From: the human T2T-CHM13v2.0 reference genome, Homo sapiens
Assembly (NCBI RefSeq): GCF_009914755.1
Contig: NC_060933.1
Reading direction: 5' to 3' (one strand)
Length of the DNA: 64,000 nt
The notes under the pieces were generated by a model. The model was not told the DNA's origin. It saw only the letters and a program-made list of their open reading frames with translations, and ran no database searches. Shown here piece after piece: positions 28,501-47,162 of the stretch. Each line of letters starts with the position of its first letter. Position 1 is the stretch's first letter. Both the position numbers and the translations under genes were made by a program.

Positions 28501-29759
28501 TAGACAGGGTCGTGCTGTGTTGCCCAGGCTGAAGTGCAGTGTGGCGCAGTCTTGGCTCACTGCAGCCTTGACATCCCCGGCTCAAGTGATCCTCTGCCTT
28601 CAGCCTCTGGAATAGCTGACACCACAGGCGTACATCCCTCCACCTGGCTATTTATTATTATTATTATTTGTAGAGATGGGGTCTCCCTGTATTGACCAGG
28701 CTGGTCCCAAACTCCTGGGCTCAAGTGGTCCTCTCACCTTGGCCTCCTGAAGTGTTGGGATTATAGGTCTGAGACACCACACCTGGCCTTACTTTGAGTT
28801 TTGAATTGCTAGATACATATCATTAATTTGGGATACCATTAATTAGAAATTCTCAATAGCAAAAACTTGAAATGTGATTCTTATCCCATAAAAAGTTGGA
28901 AATATTTTTTTTCCTACCTTAGAGACCTTCTCTTTAGTCAGAGGAGTTCATTTAGATATAGTTGTTAACATTTGTAATATATGTATTTTCCTTGAAACTT
29001 TTTTTTTTCTTTTTTTGATATGGAGTCTCGCTCTGTCACCCAGGCTGGAGTGCAGTGGCATGATCTCAGCTCACTGCAGCCTCTGCCTCCCGGGTTCAAG
29101 TGATTCTCCTGCGTCAGGCTTCCCAAGTAGCCAGGACTACAGGTACGTGCCACCATGCCTGGCTAATTTTTTTGAATTTTTAGTAGAGATGGGGTTTTGC
29201 CATGTTGGCCAGGCTGGTCTTGAACTCCTGACCTCAAGTGATCCACCCGCCTTGGCCTCCCAAAGTGCTGGGATTACAGGCGTGAGTCACTGAGCCCCGC
29301 CAGAACTTTTTTTTTTTTTTTTTTTTTTGAGATGGAGACTCACTCTTGACACCCAGGCCGAAGTGCAGTGGTGCGATCTCAGCTTGCTGGAACTTCCACC
29401 TCCCAGGTTCAAGCAGTTCTCCTGCCTTAACCTCCTGAGTAGCTGGTGGTGCACACCACCATGCCCAGCTAATTTTTTGTATTTTTAGTAGAGATGGGAT
29501 TTCACCATGCTGGCCAGGGTGGTCTCGATCTCCTGACCTCATGATCCGCTCACCTCGGCTTCCCAAAGTGCTGGGATTACAGGCGTGAGCCACCGCGCCT
29601 GGCAACTTTTTTTTTTTTTAAAGAGACAGGGTCTCGTTATGTTGCCCAGGCTGTTCTCGAACTCCTGGCCTCAAGTGATCCTCCCTCCTCAGCCTCCCAA
29701 AGCACTGACTGACAGGCTTGAGACACCACACCTCTGGCCTCCTTCAGAATTTTAATGTG

Positions 29760-30101
29760 CAGTCATGGGTCCTTAATGAGAGGGATACATTCTGAGAAAT
29801 GTGTCATTAGGCAGTGTCATTGTGTAAACATTATAGAGTGTGTTTACACAAACTTAGGTGGCATAGTCCCCTACTCTCCTAAGCTATATGGCATAGCCTA
29901 TTTTCTTCTGGGCTACAAACCTGTATAGCATGTTACTGTACTGAATACTCTAGGCAATTATAACATAATAGTAAGTGTTTGTGTATCTAAACAAGAAAAA
30001 TAGTACAGTAAGAATATTGTATAAAAGCTCCATTATAATCTCATGGGCCCACTGGAGTTTCACCATGGTTGACTGAAAGGTCTTTATGTGGCGCATGACT
30101 G
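29760..30101. mobile_element. Tigger3a/MER7-like Tc1-mariner MITE
   Basis: TIRs CAGTCATG...CATGACTG followed by TA; internal GGGATACATTCTGAGAAATGTGTCATTAGG and GGCTACAAACCTGTATAGCATGTTACTGTACTGAATACT. Confidence 0.8.
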
Positions 30102-30182
30102 TATTTTGTAATTCATAAATTTCACCTTATCGGGCAGTGCCTCCTCTCTGTGCTTTGCGTTAGAGTAGATATGCTTGCTTAT

Positions 30183-30414
30183 CAGGGGTTGGCAGAGTTT
30201 TTCTGTGAAGGGCTAGATAGCAGATATTTTGGACTTGTGGGCCACATGGACTGTGGAGGACTCTGGCAACTATTCAGCTCTGCCATTGTGGCATGAAACC
30301 AGCCATAGATAATATATAAACAAGTGAGTATGGCTTCATTCCAATACAACTTTTATTTATACAAACAGGCAGCAGGCTAAATATGACCTGAAAGTCATAT
30401 TTTGCTGGCCCCTC
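30183..30414 (+). mobile_element. MER58A hAT DNA transposon
   Basis: CAGGGGTTGGCAGAGTTTTTCTGTGAAGGGCTAGATAG...TTCCAATACAACTTTTATTTATACAAACAGGCAGCAGGC...GCTGGCCCCT. Confidence 0.8.
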
Positions 30415-30755
30415 CTCTATACCATTATGGAAAGATATAGAAATCCAGTGTGCTTCACTCTTGCCACTAAAATCTCCTTACTGTGCTCTCAGTGATAAGT
30501 GTTAAAACATGAGTTGAAAAACTTGAACTTCTCAAAATCTGATTAATATGCATGGGCATAATCTATTTCTTTTTTCTTTGTTTTTTTTTTTTTTTTTTTT
30601 TTTTGAGGTAGAGTCTTCCTCTGTTGTCCAAGCTGGAGTGTAGTGGCCCGATCTCGGGTTCAAGTGATTCTCCTGCCTTCTGGGTTCAAGTGGTTCTCTT
30701 GCCTCAGCCTCCCGAATAGCTGGGATTACAGGCATCCGCCACCACACCCGGCTAA

Positions 30756-31064
<309 letters not shown>

Positions 31065-31263
31065 TAGCTGAGACTACAGGCATGCGCGATCACACTCAGA
31101 TAATTTTCGTGTTCTCTGTAGAGACAGGGTTTTGCCATGTTTCCCAGGCTGGTCTCAAAATCCTGGGCTCAAGTGATCCACCTGCTTTGGCCTGCCAAAG
31201 TGCCGGGTCCATAGATGTGAGCCACTTCACCTGGCCATATATATATTAATATACGTGTTTTGA

Positions 31264-31374
<111 letters not shown>

Positions 31375-31932
31375 TGAGATAACAGCTGTGCGCCACCATG
31401 CCCAGCAAATTTTTTTATTGTTGTTGTTTTCTTTGTTTTTTATTTATTTTTTGATAGAGATGGAGTTTTGCCATGTTGCCTAGGCTGATCTTAAACTCTT
31501 GGGCTTAAGCAATCTGCCTGCCTTGGCTTCCCAAAGTGCTGGAATTACAGGCATGAACCACCACTCCTGGCCAGCTCTTGACCTTACAGGTTTTCAAAGT
31601 CTAGTTTTTTTTTTTTACTACAGAGAAACTAACTTAGAAACTGCTCGTGAATTTCAGGAAAAAATTATATTTGTTATTTTAGGTATGCCTAATGTTAATT
31701 TAAAAATTCTTTGATTTTACTTATGTTCTTATTCATAGAGCAACTGGTGACAATGCAAATATTAGCAAAGATAAAATATTGAGAGCTGCTTATGTTTGGC
31801 CATGGTTTGGGGGCTGGGGATACATAGGCCTAAGAGATGCCCTATGCCTTTGAGGACACGGAAAGACAGGATATAGACATTAAAGATGAAAGTACAAAAA
31901 ATGGTTTCAAATTGGTGGTATCAAAAGTTTCA

Positions 31933-32211
<279 letters not shown>

Positions 32212-32795
32212 TCAAAAAAAAAATCAGTGTGTCAGGAGTTCAGAGTTGAGATTTATTGCCATGTGCATACTGTATGGTTGGAAAGGAAGGTTTTATTGAG
32301 TCTGGTCTTGGAAATTGGAACATCTGCATGAGAGGGGGCCAGATATAAATATAGAAACATGACGATGAACTCAAAGTAAAAATGGGCCGGGCGCAGTGGC
32401 TCATGCCTGTAATCCTAGCATTTTGGGAGGCAAAGGCAGGTGGATCACTTGAGCTCAGGAGTTTGAGACCAGCTTCTACAACATGGCTAAACTTTGTCTC
32501 TACAAAAAATGCAAAAATTAGCTGGGCATGGTGGTGCATGCCTGTAGAGGGAGGATTGCTTGAGCTGGGGAGGCACAGAGCCATGATGGTGCCGCTGCAC
32601 TCCAGCCAGCCTGGCGACAGAGCAAGACCTTGTCTCAAAAATAAAAAATAAAAGAAAAATGGGAAGGCCAGTTTGGCAGGAGCAGGAAAGTTTATGTAGG
32701 GAAATAGCATAAATTAGGATTGGAGGGGTGGATTGAAGCAAGATTGTGCTTTGAATATTAAACCAAGGAGTTTGGAAATTATCTCTGAGGGGTAA

Positions 32796-33184
<389 letters not shown>

Positions 33185-33237
33185 TGAAACTTCCAGATGT
33201 TGTTTTTAATGTTTTTGGTGCAGTGTGTTTATTTTAG

Positions 33238-33453
<216 letters not shown>

Positions 33454-33814
33454 TGATCTCAAACTCCTGACTTCATGATCCACCCGCCTCAGCCTCCCAA
33501 AGTGCTGGGATTACAGGCTTGAGCCACTGCACCCGGCCTTGTTAATATTTAATGACAATTTATATTGTTCACATCTTCTTTTCCCATCCACCAAAGGACT
33601 ACATCCTTGTTCTGTGTTATTTCTACCTTTTGTTTTGAAGCCTCTAATAAGAATATGTCATTGAAATACCTCCTTTTCATTTTTTTAAGAGACAGAGGTC
33701 TCACTATGTTCCCCAGGGTGGTCTTGAATTCTTGGGCTCACATGATCCTCCCGCCTCAACTTCCCAAAGTGCTGGGATTACAAGCGTGAGCCACCAGGCC
33801 CGGCCCATTCTTAC

Positions 33815-36800
33815 ATTCATTTAGCAAGTACATACTGAAGTCTTGTGATGTGCCAGGCTCTCTTATGGTCAGTGATGACTGCAAGGGAACCAATTAGGCA
33901 AAAATCTCTTTTCTTATGGAGTTCAGATTTTCTTACAGAGATGGTCAATACATGAGATAAATAAGTAAAATGTATAGTATGCTCAGTGCTAAGGAGAAAA
34001 AACAATGCAGGGAAAGTGTGTGGCATAGTAGAGGCTGAAATCTTACATAGGGTGGCCAAACTCACTGAAGAACATGATACTTTGGTAAAGACCTAAAGGA
34101 AGTAAGAGGTCTGGGATGGTGAGCAAGTGCAAAGGTACTAAGGTAGAAGTGTGTCTGGCACGTCTGACAATACGGCTGGAGCAGAATGAATGAGGGAGAG
34201 AGTAATAGAGTGACTATATGTTCTTGTTTATGTCTGTTGTCTTGAAATTATTGATACTGCCTACTTTTACTCCCAATAGAGTCCAGATATTGAGTGATGA
34301 ATTATATGGTCTCCTGGTAATAGGAGGTGAGGTAGGAGAGGTAAGGTGGTGAGGAGCAGATAATGGAGAGCTGAGATGAACATTTGCAGGATTTTGAACA
34401 CGGGAGCCCTATGATTTGACTCATGCTTTACAGGCTTACTCTGGCTGCTGTGTTCATAGTAGACTAGGAGCAAAGACTGAAGCATAGTTAGTTAGGAAAC
34501 TATTGCAGTAATCCAGGTGAGATATGTGGTGCTTTGGGACAGGATGGTAGCAGTAAAAGTGTTGAGAAGTAGATAGATTCTGGATGTGTTTTGAAGATAC
34601 ACATCAGGATTTGATATGGATTGGGTATAGGATTTACGAGAAAGAAGGGAGTCAAGAATGATAGAGTTTTTGGCCTGAGCAGTTGGAAGGATGGAATTGC
34701 CATTGATTGAGATGGGAAAGGCCGTCTTTTTGTGGGGAGGGAAGCAGGTGTTTTTTAGGGGAAGATGAGGTCAGTTTTGGACATGTTTTAATTTTGAGAT
34801 GCGTATTAGACAACCCAAGGGAGATGTTGACTAGGCAGTTGCATATATGGATTTGGCATTCAGGGGAAAGGGACAGACTGGAGATATTAATTTGGGAACT
34901 GTTATCACTTTGATGGTACTTAAAAATGATTGAGACTGAATGAGATTGCCTAGGAAGTGAGTTTAGTTAGAAAAGAAAAAGGTCTGAAGATTGAGCCTTG
35001 GGGTAATTTATCCAGTGTTTCAAAATCAGGGAGATAAGGGAACTAACAAAGGAGATAGACTGAGTGGAGAAGGACAGGAGCAAACCCATGAGAATGTGGG
35101 TGTCCTAGAAGTCAAAGAAAGTTTCTTAAAGAGGAGAGAGGTCAACCATCTCAAATGCTTCTGTTAGGTCAGGAAGAGGAGGAATGATATTTACCATGGA
35201 TTTAGTAGCATGTTTATTGTTGAACACTAGTAGTTTTGAGTAGTGGAGCAAAACTGATGAGTGCGGGTTTAGGAGTGGATGAGAGGCAAGACACCTCTTT
35301 GAAAGAGTTTTGTTGTAAAGGGAAGGAGAAAAAATGGTATGGAAGCTGAGAGGGGAAAGTGAAGTAGAGAGATTTCTTTTTGTATAAGATGAAAAATGAC
35401 AGCAAGTCTATATGTTGGTGAAAATGATCCAGTAGAGAGAAAAATATGAACGTGGGGAAAGGGTGGCTGGATTTCTTTAGCATTGCTTTTAAGTAAATAT
35501 GAAGGGAGGAAGCCAGTGTTCAAGTGAGGATTGGCAATGACCAGTAGAAAAGCAGTTCATTCAAAGTAAAAGCAAGTAGAAAGAGCATAGATGTAGATAA
35601 GTCAATGTAAGTATGATACTGTGAGCTTGTGGAAAGTCTCTTTCTCATTGCTTCATTTTTCTCAATGAAGACAAAAGCGCGGAGCCGAATAAGGATAAGG
35701 GAAGAGGTGTTGGAAGTTTGAGAAGAGGAAATGATATGAATTAGCTGCCTTGGAGAGTGGGACAGTGGGGGATGGATTGGGAAAATACAGTGTGCATGTG
35801 TCACAACAGTAAGCGTCCATCTAGGGTTTGTGATAATGGGGTTAAAGTGATAATAGCCAGACATGGTGGCTCACACTTGTAATCCCAGCCAAAGCCAGGA
35901 ATATCACTTGAGCCCAGGAGTTTGAGACCAGCCTAGGTAACACAATCAGACCCCATCTCTACAAAATAAAAATTTAGCTGGATGTGGTGGTGCATGCCTG
36001 TGGTCCCAGCCTCTGGATGCTGAGGTAGAAGGATTGCTTGAGCTGGGGAGGTCAAGGCTGCATTGAGCCGTGATCACATTACTACACTCCAGCCTGGGCA
36101 ACAGCGAGACCCTGTCTCAAAGTAAAAAAAAAAAAAAAAAAAGACTGGGCATAATGGCTTCATCCCAGAACTTTGGGAGGCCAAGGCAAGAGGCTCACTT
36201 GAGCCCAGGAGTTTGGGACCAGCCTAGGCAACATAGGGAGACCTCATCTCTCAAGAAAAATAGAAGAAGATAGCTGGGTGTGATGGCACACACCTGTAGT
36301 CCCAGCTACTCAGGAGGCTGAGGAGGGAGGATTGCTTGAGCCTGGGAGGTTGTGGCTACAGTGCTGTGATCATGCCACTGCACTCCAGTGTGGGCATCAG
36401 AGAAAGACCTTATCTAAGGGAAGAAAAAAAAGGATACTAGCGTTGTCATGTGTGTGTGTTTCCCCAGCTACATGTGTGGATGAGGCAGAACATTTGATTT
36501 AACTGGGATTGCGGTTTAGTCTAGTGAGGAGGGCAGGTTGAGGGTGCATTCAAGGAAGTGATTATAATGATTGGCCATGGGATTTACACTAGCTAGGTAA
36601 GGAGGGAAGCAAAAACAGGAAGCAGGTGAAGGTTAGTTAAAAAGGTGGTAAGATCAATGGCTTGAAAGTCTTGTTGTGGGGTCATATGATTGTTGGAGTT
36701 GTGTGGTGTTGGAGAAGTAAGAAAAGACTGTAGTATGTGCCTGCAAGAGAGGGAGGATGATAGGTGGTATGGTTTAATGAAATGAGATTCAAAGCTGGGG

Positions 36801-37085
36801 TTTTTAATGGTGGAGGGAGGAAGAGTGGTGTGAAAGTGGACCCATAGTGTGAAGGATATGGGAGAGAAAACAGCCTTACCTAAGAGGTCTATAGAGGAAG
36901 CCATGTTCCCATGGGAAAGCCAGATTTTAGTTAAGGCAGGAAGGTAAAGAGAACCTCTCCAGAAAAGGTTCAAGTTACAGATTTTCTGATAATTGAACTT
37001 GTGTTCCAGGAGCCACTGTGAAAAGGATTGAAGAGGTAAGGAGGAGCAGGAGGTGAGATAGGAAGAGGTGATGTACAAAGCTATC
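33815..37085 (-). mobile_element. Long L2 LINE remnant interrupted by Alus
   Basis: Begins CATTCATTTAGCAAGTACATACTGA..TGTGCCAGGC (L2 3' end, reversed). Purine-rich L2 body, e.g. GGAGTCAAGAATGA..TTTTGGCCTGAGCAGTTGGAAGGATGGAATTGCCATT and CAGTTTTGGACATGTT. Confidence 0.75.
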
Positions 37086-37649
37086 CAGGTGCCAGGCACG
37101 GTGACTCACACCTGTTATCCCAGCACTTTAGGAGGCTGAGGTGGGAGGATTGCTTGAGCCCAAGAGTTTGAGACCTGAGCAACATGGTGAGACTCTGTCT
37201 CCACAAAAAGCAAATTTTAAAAATTAGCTGGCTGTAGTGTCATATACCTACAGCTACTCGGGAGGCGGAGGTGAGAGGATTGCTTGAGTCTGGGAGATAG
37301 AGGCTGCAGTGAGCCATGATACCGCCACTGCACTCCGCTTGGATGACAGCAAGACCCTGTCTCAGCAAACAAAACAAAACCATAAGACAACAACAACAAA
37401 AGAAACACAAAGCTGTTTAGAGATTTGGTTTTGCAGGATAAAGGATGACCTGGAAGTTCTGACTTTATTATGATTGACATGAACAGAAATAAAGGGCAGA
37501 CTAAACTAAGACTTGGTGGTCCAGGGTAGATTTTTTTTTTTTTAGACACTCTTGCCCTGTCACCCAGGCTGGAGTGCAGTGTTGTGATCTCAGCTCACTG
37601 CAACCTCTGCCTCTCGGGTTCAAGTGATTTTCTTGCCTCAGCCTCCTGA

Positions 37650-37835
<186 letters not shown>

Positions 37836-38660
37836 TGATGGGGTTGGCAGTAAGGGCTGAGGGAATGGAGAGGAGAAGATCTTCTTGCCAAATACATGCA
37901 GGATTTTCTGGGGCTTCCATTTGGCTTCTGATACTGGAAGTATGGAGTATTAATTAAGGGGAGTCTTAATTGAGCACACAGGCTCTCCTGACTTCTGCAG
38001 ATGTTTTAATATATTCTGGCACTATTGGGAAATCATTAATGGCTTTCAAAAGGAATTCTGGAGGGATTGGGAAGGATTATATTAACTGTTGCTTTGGAAA
38101 TACCAATCTGACAGTGTAGGGTAGGTTGGAGAGAGAAGAAACTTGAAGTATAGGAACATGTTAGGAAATTTTTCCAGTTGTCATGGATTTATGATATGGA
38201 ATTTGGTTATTTGCAGAACAATTCAAAAGGAAAGGACCAATGTGAGAGTAGAACTTGGTGACAGACCTTGCTGAGGAGAGGATGGTTCCTGAGTTTGGAG
38301 TCTAGGAGCCTGTTTGTGCCATGACAGAAATAGAAAAGTCTGAAAGAGTTGCTGGTTTTAGAAGGGAGATTGCTATGCTCTAGGATATGTTTGAATCTTG
38401 GGTGATTGGACTCTTAGGTCTCCTTTCATCATACCTGTAGTGACTTGTAATTTCCTTGTTCTTAGCTTCACAGTTGACTAAGCTTTATGAGGACAGAGAT
38501 TGTGTCTGTTTTGTTCTGTATTGTCAGTGCCTGGCACAGTGAATACATTTCAGAAATAATTGCTGAATTAAAGTAGAGAAATGGCTTTTTTTTTTTTTGA
38601 GATAGAGTTTTGCTTGTTGGCCAGGCTGGAGTGCATTGGTGTGATCTCAGTTGACTCTAA

Positions 38661-39306
<646 letters not shown>

Positions 39307-39461
39307 TGATCTCAATCTCTTGACCTCGTGATCCGCCCACCTCGGCCTCTGAAAGTGCTGGGATTACAGGCGTGAGCCACTGTGCCTGGCCAATTTTTAT
39401 ATTTTTAGTAGAGACAGGGTTTCACAGTGTTGGTCAGGCTGGTCTCGAACTCCTGATCTCA

Positions 39462-39703
<242 letters not shown>

Positions 39704-39771
39704 TGAATTTTTTAGTAGAGACGGGGTTTCACCATGTTGGTCAGGCTGGTCTCAAACTCCAGACGTTGTGA

Positions 39772-39891
<120 letters not shown>

Positions 39892-40184
39892 TAATAAACT
39901 TTTCAATTCTGAAATTCTGTCTTGATATTCAGATGTTTTGCAGGTAGAGGAAATAAAGAATTTAAGCTCAGTCAAGAGATAAGGGCTGGAGACACTATGT
40001 TTTGTGTGGTATTTGGGTGTAAACTCAAATGAAGTAGATGTCATCAGAAGCCAAATAAAGTTCTATAAAAACCAATAGGTAACAGGAACTTTAAGGAGTA
40101 AATTTTTAACAGAACTAGAAATTAAAGTAGATGTTACTGACAAAATGTTTAGATTAGTTGATTGAGAGCAAGTGCTTCTTTCGA

Positions 40185-40355
40185 GTCAGACAGAACTGAG
40201 TTTGTTTGAATCTTGACTTAGCTACATACTAGATATGTCAATACTTTTCTCAACTGTCAAATGAGGATAATGAGAGTACACCTGTCACAGGGTTGTAAGA
40301 GTTCAATTAGGAAAAAGAATAGCAGAGTACTTGGCATAACTCCTAAATAAATGCT
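40185..40355 (+). mobile_element. MIR SINE
   Basis: TTTGAATCTTGACTTAGCTAC..CTGTCAAATGAGGATAATGAGAGTAC..CACAGGGTTGTAAGAGTTCAAT..TAAATAAATGCTAG. Confidence 0.6.
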
Positions 40356-40463
40356 AGTTTGATATTAATATTATTATTGTTAGTTTGATGGTCATGTTAT
40401 TGTTACTTTTCAGGAAACAAACTGATTTATTTCCTAATGTCTGTACTTTTCTGTTGTCTTCAG

Positions 40464-40580
40464 TATTGTAAAAATTTTCCTACTTTTAGTTATTCATGTC
40501 TAAATTTTATTTAAGCTATTCCTGGTGACCCTGAACTCCTCTGATATTATAGTGGTGTCTTAGAAAAGCAGAACAAATTG
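40464..40580 (+). other. GAPVD1: GAPVD1 5'UTR exon 3 (117 nt, probably alternative)
   Basis: CTAAT branch-like motif, pyrimidine tract and CAG ending 40463; weak donor TTG|GTATAC at 40581. A second acceptor lies at 40413/40414. Confidence 0.6.
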
Positions 40581-40593
40581 GTATACTTTTTAA

Positions 40594-40934
<341 letters not shown>

Positions 40935-41537
40935 TAACGTAAAGTTGTGTTTGAAGACTTTAATTTCTAAATTGCATGAATTGGCTCATATTTTGCTGTG
41001 TCATTGAAAACATTTTATGTTCTCTTTCTATCTTGAACAATATTTCAATTGTAATTAGGTTGTGAGCTCCTTGAGATTAGGCGATTTGGCTAGGCTCCAG
41101 CGAAACTCAGTCATATATTTGTTCAATTACATTGAATTAAGCAGCAAGAAAGGCACAGTTTGAGAATTTCTAAAGTATTTTACCCCATTTTTTAATTATG
41201 AAAAATTTCTAACATACAAAAACCATTGAAAGATAGCACAGCGATCATTATATACCTACCACCTCAGTTCAACAGTTTATATTTTGCTATATTTAAAAAA
41301 ATTCTCTTAATGTTTTTGCTGAACCATGTACAAGTTGCAGACATCCTAACACTTTCTTTCTTTCTTCCTTTTTTTTTTTTTTTGAGAGAGAGTCTTGCTT
41401 TGTTGCCCAGGCTGGAGTGCAGTGGCACAATCTCGGCCCACTGCAACCTCCACCTCCCGGGTTCAAGCAATTCTCTGCCTCAGCCTCCCAAAGTGCTGGG
41501 ATTACAGGTGTGAGCCACCACACCCGGCCACATATAG

Positions 41538-41986
<449 letters not shown>

Positions 41987-42379
41987 TGAGTAGCTGGGAT
42001 TGCAGCCACCTGCCACCACGCCTGGTGAATTTTTGTATTTTTAGTAGAGACAGGGTCTCACCATGTTGGCCAGGCTGGTCTCAAACTCCTGACCTCAAGT
42101 GAGCCACCTGCCTTGGCCTCCCAGAGTGCTAGGATTACAGGTGTGAGCCACCGTGCCCAACCCAAGAAATTTTTTGCTAACTTGATGACTGTCTGCTGCC
42201 CAGACACACAATATTATGTTTTGTTATCTGTGCCACAGGTATTTCTGTTGTTGATTTAACATTTGTGATCTGGCACAAATTCTAGATTCAAGGGCATAGC
42301 TTAAATAATAATGCTTTAAAATATGTGTGCTATTTGTATCAGTTTGTTTAGCTGCTAGATAAATAAGAGTAGTGAGATT

Positions 42380-43480
<1,101 letters not shown>

Positions 43481-43684
43481 GTTAACAAATAGACATTGTA
43501 TTTGAGGATATACACAGGGTTTACAGCACCTGTCTCTAAGCGGTGGCCTTAGCAGTGAGCTTTTTTTTCTTTTTGCTTATCTGTATTTACCAATTTTTCT
43601 ATGCTGAACCTGTAATACTTCTGTAATAAAAAGATAGAGATTATTTGAAAATTAGAGTTAAAAGTGGCATCAAATGTAACCTAA

Positions 43685-43816
<132 letters not shown>

Positions 43817-44125
43817 TGAGTAGCCGGGACTACAGGCGCGCCCCACCGCACCTGGCTAATTTTTTGTGTTTTAGTAGAGACAGGGGTTTCACCATGTTGG
43901 CCAGGGTGGTCTCGATCTCTTGATCTTGTAATCCGCCCGCCTTGGCCTCCCAAAGTGCTGGGATTATAGGCATGAGCCACCGCGCCTGCCCAAATGTAAC
44001 TGAATTCTTAAAGTATTCTCCTGTCCCTTTTGATTTTAGAAAAGAACTTAAGTGACATACATAAACTTTAAATCTTTATCTTTTTACTCTTAGTGATCAG
44101 CCTTTGAGCCTTTCCCACATTGAAG

Positions 44126-44310
44126 ATGGTGAAACTAGATATTCATACTCTGGCTCATCACCTCAAGCAGGAACGCTTATATGTAAACTCTGAGAAACAG
44201 CTCATTCAGAGGCTCAATGCAGATGTACTTAAGACAGCTGAAAAGTTGTATCGTACAGCATGGATTGCGAAGCAACAGAGAATCAATTTGGATCGGCTTA
44301 TCATAACCAG
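44126..44310 (+). CDS. GAPVD1: GAPVD1 first coding exon (exon 44094-44310; aa 1-62)
   Basis: Acceptor TAG at 44093; strong Kozak AAGATGG at 44126; MVKLDIHTLAHHLKQERLYVNSEKQLIQRLNADVLKTAEKLYRTAWIAKQQRINLDRLIIT; donor CAG|GTAAAG at 44311 (phase 2). Confidence 0.96.
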
Positions 44311-45005
44311 GTAAAGAGATGATTTTCAGGTTTTAAGTTTTGTGAACCACTATGATTCTGTAAATAAATTAGTAACTATAAATAAATGAATCTGTTTCCA
44401 ACAAAGTGCATTATTTAAGATAATTTACATCAATGTTAAGGTGAGTCTTTGCTTATAATACAGTTTATTTGGATTATTAAGTAACTTAGGCACTTTTATA
44501 GAAAATTGTAACTTAAGCATTGACATTTTATATCACACCAATTGGTTTTGTGTCTTTGTCTATATAAAATGTTATTGTTGGCTGGGCGTGGTGGCTCACA
44601 CCTATAATCCCAGCACTTTGGGAGGCCAAGGCGGGTGGATCATGAGGGCAGGAGTTTAAGACCAGCCTGGCCAAGATGGTGAAACTCCGTCTCTACTAAA
44701 AATACAACAATTATCTGGGCATTGTGGTAGGCGCCTGTAATCCCAGCTACTCGGGAGGCTGAGGCAGAGAATTGCTTGAACCCGGGAGGTGGAGGTTGCA
44801 GTGGGCCGAGATTGTGCCACTGCACTCCAGCCTGGGCCATAGAGCGAGACTCTGTCTCCTCAAAAGAAAAAAAAAATGTTGTTGTAGAGAGTAAATTATC
44901 TGTTCTGCTTTTCTCCTAATATTATTTAATATATAGGTTTCCAGCTGGGTGTGGTGTCTGACACCTGTAATCCTAGCACTTTGGGAGGCCGAGGTGGGTG
45001 GATCA

Positions 45006-45336
<331 letters not shown>

Positions 45337-45340
45337 TTAA

Positions 45341-45580
<240 letters not shown>

Positions 45581-45699
45581 TGAACTTCTGACCTCGCAGT
45601 CTGCCCCCTCGGCCTCCCAAAGTGCTGGGATTATAGGTATGAGCCACCCTGCCTGGCCAAGAACAGTTTTTAACTCTAAGAATATCAGTGCTGTTGAGA

Positions 45700-46000
45700 A
45701 TATAAGCCAGATGCAAAAGAATACATACTGTATGATTCTATTTGTATGAAGTTCAAAAAGAGGCAGGACTGATCTTTGATGACAGAAATCAGAATAATGG
45801 TTACTTTTTGGGCTTGAGAGGGTGGTATTGACTGGGAAAGGGCACGTGAAAGCGTTCTTGGGTTTTTAAAATGTTCCATGTCTTAATCTGAGTGGTGATT
45901 ACTGGGTGCATGTATGTGTAAAAATTGTTCAAGCTGAACACTTGACATTTGTGCACTTTACTGTATTTTACCTCAATAAAAATGAGTTTAAAAAAAAAAA
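45700..46000 (+). mobile_element. L1ME-type 3' end
   Basis: AAGCCAGATGCAAAAGAATACATACTGTATGATTCTATTT..TTGTGCACTTTACTGTATTTTACCTCAATAAAA followed by an A tail. Confidence 0.7.
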
Positions 46001-46617
46001 AGAACAGTGCTGTTGTGGGCATTGTGGTTTTTTCCCCACATCTTTTAGGCTTATTTTATTTGGATTTGTTTCCAGAAGCAAAAAGCCTAGTTAAAGGATG
46101 TGATTCTGCAGGTCATTACATACTGGCATGTTGCTGTTGAGAATGGTTGAGCAATATGCTGATATCGACTTCATTTTTATTATTTTTTAGTACTTGAGTA
46201 TTTGTAAACTTTCTTATGTCCATAAATAAGCATAAGCAGTTTAACTGTAGCTGATTTTTTTTTTTTTCAGACAGGATCTGGCTGTGTCGCCCAGGCTGAA
46301 ATGCAGTGGTATGATCTTGAGTCACTGCTGTCTCAAGCTCCTGAGCTCAAGCGATTTTCCCACCTCAGCCTCCTGAGTGCTGGGCCTACAGGCACACGCC
46401 ACCACATCTAGCTAATTTTCATATTTTTTTGTAGAGATGGGGTTTCACCATATTTTCCAGGCTGGTCTTGAACTCCTGGGCTCAAGTGATCCTCCCACCT
46501 TGGCCTCCCAAAGTCTGGGATTACAGGTGTGAGCCACTGTGTCCTTCCTGTAGCTAATTTTAATTTAATCCATAAGAGGGCAGCTCTGGACAGTTTTTAG
46601 GATCTACAAACTGATAA

Positions 46618-46866
<249 letters not shown>

Positions 46867-47162
46867 TGATTTGCCCGCCTCGGCCTCACAAAGTGCTGGG
46901 ATTACAGGTCTGAGCCACCGCACCCAGCCCCAATACTTTTCATTGATTCTGATTTGATAAGAGGAAATTGTCCTTTGTACTTTTTAGTTTTGTTGTCCTT
47001 TACTCATTGAGTTGCTGTTAGTTTAAAAAATTTTAGCAATTCAGAGTGACCTCATTGTTGGGACCATAATCAACTCACATATCCATGTTTGGATATAGTA
47101 TATGTGTTATTATTATTAATACTATTATTTTGCTTGTTTGCTCTTTTTTTTTTTTTTTTTAG

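Noticed and set aside
30655-30705. Internal 24-bp duplication in an Alu (GGGTTCAAGTG.TTCTC.TGCCT twice)
   Set aside because: Ordinary local slippage within a repeat, with no evident consequence.
35214-37099. Minus-strand ORFs of 84-168 aa in purine-rich DNA
   Set aside because: They fall in a degenerate L2 remnant; the composition bias explains the open frames.
47089-47162. Hydrophobic, signal-peptide-like N-terminus of the 313-aa ORF
   Set aside because: It is the translated polypyrimidine tract of the intron; the true exon starts at 47163.
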